DNA of 63,980 nt, the filler included, from Asterionella formosa (Eukaryota): assembly GCA_002256025.1 (NCBI GenBank). It is 6 parts of 6 records of this genome, joined end to end, with 100 filler letters (N's around TTAATTAATTAA, not from the genome) between each part and the next. Parts side by side here need not be neighbours in the genome. Positions count along the whole stretch, not along the records: positions 43,417 to 54,148 come from NKIB01009192.1; positions 54,249 to 63,980 come from NKIB01010263.1; 4 more parts are not named here. One strand, written 5' to 3'. Below, one piece after another: positions 48,412-58,606 of the stretch. The notes beneath the pieces are model-generated. The model was not told where the DNA came from and ran no database searches. It saw nothing but the letters and a program-made list of their open reading frames with translations. Positions within the stretch are counted from its first letter, which is position 1; each line of letters begins with the position of its first letter. The position numbers were made by a program, and so were the translations under genes.

Positions 48412-48800
48412 ATGTCAATTCTGATCTCGAATTCCCTTTTTTTCACTCATCATGCTGCTGTTTCCGAATCCTTCACCAGCAGACACTTTATTTCTTCAAC
48501 TTGTTTTTATAACATAGAAAATCTGTCTCAAGCTCTTTTATCCAAAGAGAACTGGTCTGTGCTGGAAAGATGTTGCCAATAAAGGTTTCTCACCACAGGA
48601 CAACTGGCATTTTTCTTCTATGTCACTTCCTTCAGATGGTGCATGTTGTCCATATAATTTCAGTAATATTCAGTTGTTTCTTGTTGTTTGTGTTCAAGCT
48701 CAATTGTGTCATTTCTTGTGGGTAATGGTTCTACGACATTGAGCTTGTTTTTGCTTCAGACTTTCACTAGAGGTTACAAGTTGCAAGATATACATGTTTT
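48412..48800. repeat. Diverged dispersed direct repeat, copy 1 (copy 2 at ~51732-52095)
   Basis: Shared ordered blocks: tgtcaattct(g/a)atctcgaattc, gaaagatgttg, acaggacaa(c/t)tggcatt, tcacttcctt(c/g)agatggtg, cttgttgtttg, cagactttca. Confidence 0.8.
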
Positions 48801-49019
48801 CCATAATTTCACCAGTGTCAGTCACTGACCCATGTCGGCTGACCTCTTATCTCCTGATGCTACAATGATTATATGATCAACACATGACTACTGCTAGCAG
48901 CATGTGAACTAGCAATAAACACAACAGCATTTTTTCATGATTCATTTTCTTGACTGTCCTCAAGTACCATGAATTCATCCTTGATATTGTTGCCATCTTC
49001 TATCCCAAGGTCTGTAAAA

Positions 49020-49420
49020 TCAACTCACCACTAGCATCTGCTCTTTCCTCAATTTTTCGGAATACTTGCTTAGCTAGCATATCGGACTTCAGCAGGACAT
49101 GCATGTTGGGTCACCAGTTGGTATTTTCACTTTATGAAGCTAGTTGTGCAAACTTTCGCCAAATTGAAGTTCCATTCCGATCCTTGTCTGGAAAAATTTC
49201 ATTGTGCTTGGATGCTACACATTCCCATTCATGTGATCCAATTGGAAGATGTGTCAGAACAGTGTCCAACAATGACAAGACCTTGTTCAACCTAAACTGC
49301 TGCCCCCGACTCTGCAGGTTGTGGCAGGCCTTTCGAAATGTTGGTGGTTGATCTTGCCTGCTATTGATACCCACAGTTGTCCTTTTTATAACTCTTTGTG
49401 CGGTTTCACTTGCATTGTGA
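49020..49420 (-). mobile_element. Myb/SANT-like (DUF6818-type) ORF relic of the kind associated with PIF/Harbinger-like transposons
   Basis: RGQQFRLNKVLSLLDTVLTHLPIGSHEWECVASKHNEIFPDKDRNGTSIWRKFAQL*, then decayed PTGDP-like and AKQVFRKIEERAD segments. No transposase partner was recognised. Confidence 0.6.
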
Positions 49421-51731
49421 TGTGACGAATTACTGCCATTGTGGATCAAGTGAGAGACACCGATCAAAGAGCCACCAGAGGCATCCTCAGGCCTGCTGTC
49501 ATCATCACTGGTGTCATTGCTGGCATCATCTTCTTTCTCTTCCTCATCTTGTTGGGATTGCAACTCTTGTTCCTGCTTGAGACGACGATGCTCTCACAGC
49601 CTTGCGGAGGAAGGGACACCCTCTCTGGCTGGTCTCCTCTTCCCAGAAGATGATGATGACATCGTCGCAATGATATAAAACAGAGGATGACAAACAATGT
49701 ATATAAGGCTGATTGATGTGTGCATATATATGCATATTACCATCAGGTATCTATTTTGGAAATAGCAAGCCATTTCGGGTATGAGCATTCAAGTCATGAA
49801 ATATTCCATGATATCATATGTTGTCATACATGCATAAACATATTTCCATTTTTTCACTGTTATTTTGTGATCAAGGTGCAAACCGGAGTTACCAAATTTG
49901 GTCAATAAAACACAAATTTTGGGTTTATGAGTACAGAAATTTATGATATAATAGTACACAGCCATGAATGATATAAAATTTTTTTAATTTCGAAGCGCGC
50001 CCATTATGTATTAAATCGCGAAAACAATTTGTGTTATAATACACACATGATTTAATATTTTTTAATATCATCAGAGATTCATATCATGTGCATTATGACA
50101 CAAATTGCTTGTTGTACCCACAACCCAAAACAGATTGCTTAGTACTACCAGATGATCCAATTTTTTTGTTAGCATGATAGTGAGGTGAAAAAAAAATACC
50201 TGTTGAGGATTACCATTCATTTTAACCATCAAATTTTGCTTCGATTTCAGCTTTGCATTAGATCTCTTCGATGCAAATATTTAATGCAAAACTACTTTTT
50301 AGTACCTTCAGTCTTCTAATTAGTTTCAATTTGGTCATTGATTGTTAACCGAGTTGCCCTGATGGAGTCACATAGAACATCAGGTGCACTGAAATAATAG
50401 GAACGAATTATGCCATCAGGCAAGAGAAGGAACCAGTTGGACATTATGTTAATGATTACACCAATTTTAAAAGTTTTTTGGGGGAATTTCTGATTGATGA
50501 CGCGTGGTAGCAAATAAGGTGTTTTGTCTGAAGTAGGCAGGAGTCTCAAAATGACATTAGTGGGAACAACCTAGCACCACTATGTAGGGTATTGGTGAAA
50601 AATCCTTGCTGTGACCTCGCCACTTCTCTTTCTGACCTCATTAACAGTCGAACTGTCACTAAAAGGTGGCGTATTTTATACTGATGGATCACATGATTCT
50701 AATAGTAGCAATGTGATGATAATGTCATCGATCATCGCGCATCATTATCATTATCATCATCAGGAGATGAGAGGAAAGCAGAAATGGTGAGTGAGCAGTA
50801 AAGATTATGCACCTCAGTCGAGAATGATATTATGTATAGTGAACAAACAGAGGCATAAAACAAAAGAGAATGCACACTAATATGAAAATTGTGCTGTTAT
50901 AAAATATATTTAAATTTGATTCAATGTCAGATAAATTATCTAAAATATTTTTATTATCAGAGCACAACGAAGAAATAATTTATCAAATTACCAATATAAT
51001 TTGTGTCTTAATATATACAAACATGATGTAATATTATTGGTGGGCGCGTTCTGATAATTTTTAAAAATTATATCATGCATGTATGATGACTCTGATGGCT
51101 GACTTCCCAGCAAGACTGAGTACATTGAAACCAACAAGACAAAACAACAGTTTCTTCTTATCTAAAGTTGACAAAGATCTCAATTTGTAGTACGAGAACT
51201 CTGACAACTTAGCCTAATGCCATCAAGTTTGTAATAAATGTTGATTGTTTGCGGGATCGCTGATGGTGATGTCAACATTACTTAAACTCATGCATGAAAT
51301 TATGCATAATATATTCACTATGTTAAGAATTCTCTTTTACACTAGGGCTATGGTGGCTACTATATGTACTCTGAGTATGATTCCACCTATAATGTGTGGG
51401 ATAGGCAGATTCTACAAGCAAATTTATATCCACGCCAGCGTTCTGCAACATGCCAATAAGATACTGGTATTCAGGTATGACTTGTACCTGTAAATAGGTT
51501 GATCTTGCTTGTGTGTTTATTATTCCTGTTGTGAATCTGATATGTAAGTACGCACTCCATAACAGAACAGAGCAGAACAGAACAATAATGTAAGTAGCTA
51601 TCGTGTATCTATAGTCATGGCATGGACTTGTACCATACACTTTTTTGGAAATTATTTTACACACTCTTTTGTTGTGATGACACTTTACATCTGACACTGG
51701 TAACACTTCTTATTATGGTTTGAGAAAAACG

Positions 51732-52095
51732 GATGTCAATTCTAATCTCGAATTCTCTTTTGTTCACCACTCATCATCATAATGCTGTTCATTTCTACAA
51801 CTTGCATTTATAACATTAAAAAAATTGTCTCTAGCTACTCTCTTAGTATCCAAAATGGTCCTTGCTGCTAGAAAGATGTTGACAGTAACAAAGGTTCCTC
51901 GTCATCACAGGACAATTGGCATTCTTTTACTACTTCACTTCCTTGAGATGGTGTGTCTATAGTACATAATTTCCTTAAATTTTTGTAGGTTCTTGTTGTT
52001 TGTTCACGCTCAAATGTGTCATTGCTTGTGGGACAATAATGGTACATTGACCTTGGTTTTCAGACTTTCAATTGAGAGGAGAAGTCGCAAGACTT
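51732..52095. repeat. Diverged dispersed direct repeat, copy 2
   Basis: Aligns by eye with 48412-48800. Confidence 0.8.
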
Positions 52096-52138
52096 TCTTT
52101 TTCTAGATGTGGTCAGTTTCATTAACTCATTCTATAAC

Positions 52139-52286
52139 TGGTACTAGGTACCTGTTACCAGGTGGAGCCACTATCTGTACCAACCAGCAAGTCGCGATAA
52201 TTTTGCCTATATACACATTTCATCTCTGGATGAAAAGTGCTAAACAATTTTAGCTCCTGTAAATTTTCCGCAACTTACCGGAAATC

Positions 52287-52323
<37 letters not shown>

Positions 52324-52862
52324 GGAGAGCAGTCATGATGCCAGCAAGAACATGTATCCAAGAAGAAACTGAAATATGGGATAGATTCTACATTGAGGTA
52401 CAACTTCCCAACATAGCAATACTTGTATACAGGTACCAATATATATCAGTTGGGCTTCTGTGATTCCCTGATTTGAATCTTACGTACCAGGTACCTGGTA
52501 CCGTAATTCTTTATGTACATACAGAGCAACGGTATAAGAGCCATACAAAGAATGGAATTGCATACCGTACCTGTGGTACCACCGCTACATCATGCCATCT
52601 TGAGGTATCTACCGGTAGACTGTACCTGGTACCAGGTAGTATCTTACCAGCAGCAGATAACTGGTACCAGGTACCGGTAACAGGTAAGAGGGGGTATATA
52701 CTAGGACCGGTACTCTACCCTGGTACCTGGTAACAGTGTGCGTATTCTTTAGAATCCCTCCATCGTCGTCCTTTCGTTTTCCTAGTACGGTACCTGGTAC
52801 CAGGTGCCAGGTACCTGGTACTTCTACAACTATGGTGTGGTGGTATGATACACCGGTATACA
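52139..52862. repeat. Dense field of palindromic (GGTACCW)n clusters upstream of the RibD-family gene
   Basis: Clusters at ~52139, 52484, 52622, 52661, 52716 and 52785. Confidence 0.85.
52287..52323. repeat. (CAA)n microsatellite
   Basis: About 12 perfect CAA units. Confidence 0.95.
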
Positions 52863-53100
52863 GTCGTAACGGTAGATCTACCTGGTGTGTGATCTACATA
52901 CTTGAAATCTGACATTAGTGTCTGGGATCCATCACTTTTATATACCGGGTAGCGGTAATTGAGCGAGAGTGGATGACGATGATTGCTCATTCAGTTAAAT
53001 AGATTTATATTTTTGTATTTTATATGACTACAAATTACAGCTGTACCCAGCCAGCGCCACATCCAATCATCATTCCTTTCCTCATCGTCGTCTTGTAACG

Positions 53101-54148
53101 ATGAAGGCTTCTTTTCATGATTTCCCAGGGCCAATAACTGTTTCTGCAGCGCTACTATTACTGCTACTACTAGCAGAAACAGCCACCGCCTTTGTTCCGT
53201 TTTCCACAATTTCCGTGAAGAATCATGGTTCTGCCAGGGTGAATCATCATCATCAGGGTTTCATGAACACAAGAGGAGCTTCCACAAGCACATACTTGGA
53301 TTCATTGACTCCCAATAATAACAATATGGACAATGTCAATCTGATTCATCATGAACACCTAGTCGATGGCGATGAGGAGGATTTGGATGTGGATCCACTT
53401 GCGGCCTTTATTACAACCTCCAATGAACAAGACGAAGAAGCAAAAATGGATGCCACAAACATGAGACTTGCCATTCAAATGGCACAATCTGGGTACGTGT
53501 GTGTGTATGTGTGTGTGTGTTAGTGTGTGTAATTTGCTTATTGTTGAAACGAGAGATTCTCAAACGACCGGTATACTGAATTCATGTTGTTCACAGAGGA
53601 GGAGAACGCGGTGCCACCTCTCCATATCCTAAACCTGTTGGTGGAGCAGTGATTGTTACTAAATCTGGAAAGGTATGTATCTATCATCTATTTATTGCTG
53701 ATGATACACTGCATGGTCATCACTTTGGATTCCCCCTTTCACACATGAGCCCTCACTCTCACTCTCTCTATAAATTATATATATATTATATATTTTAAAA
53801 CCATCCAGGTTCTTGGGAAAGGTCGATCGGATTATCGTCAAGATGCTGTTTTGGCAGCACTTGTGGATGCTGGGTTGGATGTAACACCCTTACGTGAATG
53901 GGTCGTGGCATGGCCATCGGCAAAGCAATTGAGAGAGGATTTAGCATCATCTACCATGTATTTGACATTGGAACCATCCAATGAACGTCAAGGAGAATCA
54001 TTGCCACCCATGACACAATTGATTGAACAATCTGGAATATCCCGTATTGTCATTGGATGTGCACATCCTGTCATGCCAACAGAAGGTGCTGCTACATTGC
54101 ATTCTGCTGGATTGGAAGTTATCATGGGGACAGAACAAGACGATTGTG
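53101..54148 (+). CDS. Plastid-targeted RibD-family riboflavin biosynthesis protein with a degenerate deaminase domain (PyrR-like); exons 53101-53492, 53597-53672, 53809->54148
   Basis: Signal peptide ends ATA-FVP. The spliced sequence reads DATNMRLAIQMA..TSPYPKPVGGAVIVTKSGKVLGKG..QDAVLAAL..STMYLTLEPS..PPMTQLIEQSGISRIVIG..P, a RibD deaminase scaffold. Two GT..AG introns. Confidence 0.85.
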
Positions 54149-54248
54149 NNNNNNNNNNNNNNNNNNNNNNNNNNNNNNNNNNNNNNNNNNNNTTAATTAA
54201 TTAANNNNNNNNNNNNNNNNNNNNNNNNNNNNNNNNNNNNNNNNNNNN
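54149..54248. other. Artificial scaffold linker
   Basis: N44-TTAATTAATTAA-N44. Confidence 0.97.
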
Positions 54249-55111
54249 AACTGCGCCAATAGTACACTTTACAAGTTTGAGAAGCTCTGAACAAGGCATC
54301 ACTTCACCTTCTGCTGCCTCCTCAAGTAAATAATCGCCTTCATCATAGTAAAAGGTGTCTGGATCAACATCGGAAATGATCTAGAAATGATTTTCAAGGG
54401 CATACAGGAGCTCAGTCATATCAACATCATCTACAGTCCCAGGAGCAGTGAGGACCATGCATGATAATGGCCATTGCATCCTTACCTCTGATTTCCTTGA
54501 GCTCCCTCTGCCGAAATGTCATTCTTTCAAGTCTATGGTATTTTGCGATGTTCACATGATGATTTCGGACCCACAGCTATGGGTGAATGTACTTGAAAAG
54601 GCATGAAACGACGGCACCTTTGCCCAGCATTGTCAATTTTGTTTTCGCGCCATCCTCCTGCACAGATATTTTTGAGATTTTTGGCAGGCAGAATACTCAT
54701 GTATCCATAATTTTTTTAACCCCTACATAAGCTTATTGCCATGCATACCTCCAGAAACATTTAGTTCTGTAGATTTAGATTAACTTTTCAGAAATGAAAT
54801 ATCCGTTGAATTGAGCTAGGGGCAAGGGATTGAAAACCCAGACTGAATCCAGTCTATTAGACTGAAATCAGTCTAGCGGGAAAAAATCCGATACACCTGT
54901 ATGTAATACCGGTAGTCAACCCGTATGTGACTACCTGGTAGTCCAATAGATGGTGAATCATTACTTTGTACCTTTTCTCCTTCACACCTTGTTGGTGCAA
55001 GCGATTGCGAAAGCAGTTCTTGCACAAATCTTGCTTCATTACCTCGGTCATCCCTCTCTCATCATTATATAACTCAAATTCCAGGCAAGGAGGAACGCTT
55101 CATTGTGAGTT

Positions 55112-56023
55112 ATGACTTCTGACTGTTCAAACGATGATACGACGTGCCCCGTCGAACATGGGGCCACACCCACCAAAGCGCCCCCGTGGAACCCATTGCA
55201 ATGGTTCACAACTACAAATTCGTCCGCTTCCGCATCAACTTCCAATACACATGAGTGCCCTGTGAAAAATGATGCTGTGTCCACGTCTACTAATAGAAGT
55301 GGCGGTTGTCCAGTCCAGAACGAGAATAAAAACCTTCCTGCGTCCATTGAGGAAGCTGCTAACCACGCCCAAACACCGCGGCCAGATCAACGGTTTCCAC
55401 TGTCAACGTATAGAGTGGTCTCCTCGATTCCCAGGGCTGATGATATGGCCATTGCCGCTCATCACCAACCAGGGGAGGAGAACAAGTGGGTCTACCCCTC
55501 ACAACAGCAGATTTACAACGCCATGCGTCGCAAGGGCTATGATGTCGAAGAATCCGCCATTCCCATGGTGATTCAAATCCATAATTCTGTCAACGAAAGA
55601 TCATGGAACTTAGTCAAGCGATGGGAACGCGAACTACATGGTGTGGAAGAACCAAGGCTAGTAACTATCCTCGGCCGACCCGACAAACTAAGTCCCAAGG
55701 CCATTTTCAATACGTACGTTCTTCAGAAAGCACCACCTTTTGATCGACACGACTGGTGCGTGGATCGTGGAGATGGCGTGCCACGACGCTATGTAATTGA
55801 TTTTTATGCTCAAGATGCTCCTCCGGGCGAGAAAGGATTGCCCGCCATGTCATTAGATGTTCGACCGGCTTTGGACAGCCCAGGAGCAGCCGTGGATCGA
55901 ATGCACATGGCACTTCGAGAAGTATTCCCATCTATATTTGCCACCGTAGCAAATTCACGACTCGATTCCACTCCGTTGTCCCCTACAAGTAAGTCTCAAG
56001 AAACAAGCAAGCCAAAGTCGTAG
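55112..56023 (+). CDS. HCCS: Holocytochrome c synthase (cytochrome c/c1 heme lyase)
   Basis: Three N-terminal CPV heme-regulatory motifs; WVYPSQQQIYNAMRRKG; IHNSVNERSW; PFDRHDWCVDR; RYVIDFY; LDVRPALDS. Confidence 0.96.
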   Translation: MTSDCSNDDTTCPVEHGATPTKAPPWNPLQWFTTTNSSASASTSNTHECPVKNDAVSTSTNRSGGCPVQNENKNLPASIEEAANHAQTPRPDQRFPLSTYRVVSSIPRADDMAIAAHHQPGEENKWVYPSQQQIYNAMRRKGYDVEESAIPMVIQIHNSVNERSWNLVKRWERELHGVEEPRLVTILGRPDKLSPKAIFNTYVLQKAPPFDRHDWCVDRGDGVPRRYVIDFYAQDAPPGEKGLPAMSLDVRPALDSPGAAVDRMHMALREVFPSIFATVANSRLDSTPLSPTSKSQETSKPKS

Positions 56024-58606
56024 TGAAGATTTTCATAGTTAGCATTGGAACTATCACAATTTCATTTGTTGCATTATCCTAGAATCATAGTTATGTTTCA
56101 TTCGTCGCCTAGCGAAGGTCCCTGCTATTTCCAATTGGTAACTCCTGGTCTACTGGTGTACTGGTTAATCATAGAGTATGTAAGTGAAATGAATTTGCAT
56201 TCATTTTGTTGACAAGAAAAACATATCGAGACTCCTAAAGTCGCTGTTGTTTGATATCATTCTACCTGGTACCGGTAATCTACTGATTGGGCATATGTAT
56301 ATTATATTTATTTATTGACATGTAAATGTCAATTGTTTCTATAGCGTATGCAGACATTTCCCTCCATTGCCCAAAAACAAGGGGGGGGGGGGATGATGGT
56401 CATTACTTCCTCTTGTGGGAAAGTATTCAAATAAGAAATGTTTGGTAGCTGCTGTTTTATGTTTCAATCTTGTTGGAGGCGTTGTTTCCTTATGAAAACC
56501 CAGCAAATTGACTGGTAGTTTTGGTTGCTTTGTTGCACTTGTTTTTGTTTCACAAGCTGTGGCCATTTATGTAGTGGCCCTCCTGTCCTTGTTTGATGTA
56601 GCACAGCATGCATGAATTGATTTTTGAATTGTCTTTGCGATTTTGTTGAATTCTCCAGAATAAACTCCACTCTTTCTAGAAACCTCTTCTTTTAATTGAG
56701 TCGGATGCTCATGAGAAGTGGCAAGTCAGTGGGAAATAGATGTGTATCACGTATGCAGATCTCCTCCTGCTGTGCCGCATCTTCTCTCTTCATTCTCCAT
56801 TGTACTCAGAGTAAAATGCTCTGATTTTTATTTTAGTCCAGGATTTCATTTCTTTGCGCCCATGACCTTAGGACCACGGCCCAAAGTTATGAAGTTGGTG
56901 TCATGACTAATTTTGTGCACTCGCAGGAAGGATGAGGAGACCGGTTCGCCTTCGAGCTTTCACCATGCTTCTCCAATGCTAGCTTTTGTACCTTCTCAAG
57001 TTGAGGACCGGATTGAATTTTTCTTGCTGTCTTACAGCTCTCCTCAACAAGGACTTTGTCTAATTTTGATATGCATAGCTACTTAAGTAATTTTGATTCG
57101 TGTTGCTGTTGTAGGGGGACGATGAGACCGCAGCTCCATCTTAACCATGAAGAAATTATTGTACTGAATATCTCCATGAAGATTGACAATGAACTATTTC
57201 TATTTGGTAAATGTATCTAGTCTAACATAGACGAGGTAATCGTTCAATTGTAATTTTTTTCACCAATATTGACAACAAAAATTTGAAATGTGTACACACT
57301 CTAGGAATTACTATAGATGCCATCATGAAACTCGGGCGCACCAGTGCACCAAAAATAGAAATTCTATTGATCATAGAAACCGTTTGAACCTACAACGATG
57401 TATCTTTTAATGTTGTTATTTACGTTTTAGACTGTGGAGAAAACTTTGGTGAAGTTCGTTTTTTGATAATGTTGGATGATCAAAAAAGGGCCAATGTCTT
57501 GTACTCCCCTCTAAGTAAAATCAGTTGTTGCTGTGTACATCGAGGGGTACAAGTCACCAGGTTTTACGGTATCTCAGTTATTGCAAAACAGTTACTTAGC
57601 CGTCTTTATGTGTCTTCTCAAGCAAAATGGATTGTGACATCTTCTCATGAGAGCAGTTTCAAGAGAAATAGTCGTCAAAGTTGTCATATTGACAAGCAAT
57701 CTTGCCGTTATTGAAACAGATTTTGTAATGTGCATTAAGAAACTCCATTAACTCTAACAATTGTTTGCTATCCAACATATTAAAAGTGAGGGGATTCTCA
57801 TTATCAATTCCATGATATTTGAACTGGTCATGTACTTTGAAGGCCACGAATCCAATTGCATCATCACCATCTATGTCCAAGTAGCTAGGTACCTACCAAA
57901 CTGCTTTATTCAGGAATTTACTTTCATCAACAAGCTCACTCAATCTTGGTGAATTCCCAAGCTTCAAAGCATCTTGATGATGTTTCTCATCAAAGAAGGC
58001 ATTAAATATTCTGTAGTTTGTGCCATGCTTCTTATTATATTTGGGAGCAGTTGCAGTATATCTTTTCTCTTTCTTATTCTTGGGAGATCATCCAAATGTA
58101 GTCATCTGGGGAGATTTCTCAGAGTCATCATCTAATACAAAGTTGGCAGTCACTGGAGATGCAAAAGCAGACAATTGGGAAGGAGGCAATTTGTAATCAG
58201 TACTTGAATCAATAGCAGTACCTTTGCAGGAGGAGGCAGAAAGATGGTTTGATAGTAGATGAGGAGACTTCCTTGCTGATGTTGATGATTCAGTAATTTC
58301 TTTTCATTTCAGGTATTGCTTCGGTTTTTTGGACAACTTTTTGCTGTAGCCCATCATATCTGGAAGTTCGATGCTTGTTGAGATGTTCCAGATCTCTCTG
58401 ATTATAATTACTGCACGTCCAGTGTCTGAGTAACAACATCATAAATGTAGGTTGACAGCCAACTGCGCGGTATAGCAAATCTTTGTGACCAGAGTATACT
58501 ATATAATAGTCTGTCGGTATTTATGCTATTTTTGTAGAGTAATGAACTTGATAGTTTTTTCATCCCATGTGCATTTGTTGATTGTCATCATGCTACAACG
58601 ACCACA

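Noticed and set aside
54249..54730. Minus-strand peptide LGKGAVVSCLFKYIHP.. and a TTAACCCC site suggesting a piggyBac-like relic
   Set aside because: The fragment is too short and decayed, and the terminus orientation does not fit; cannot be supported without a search.
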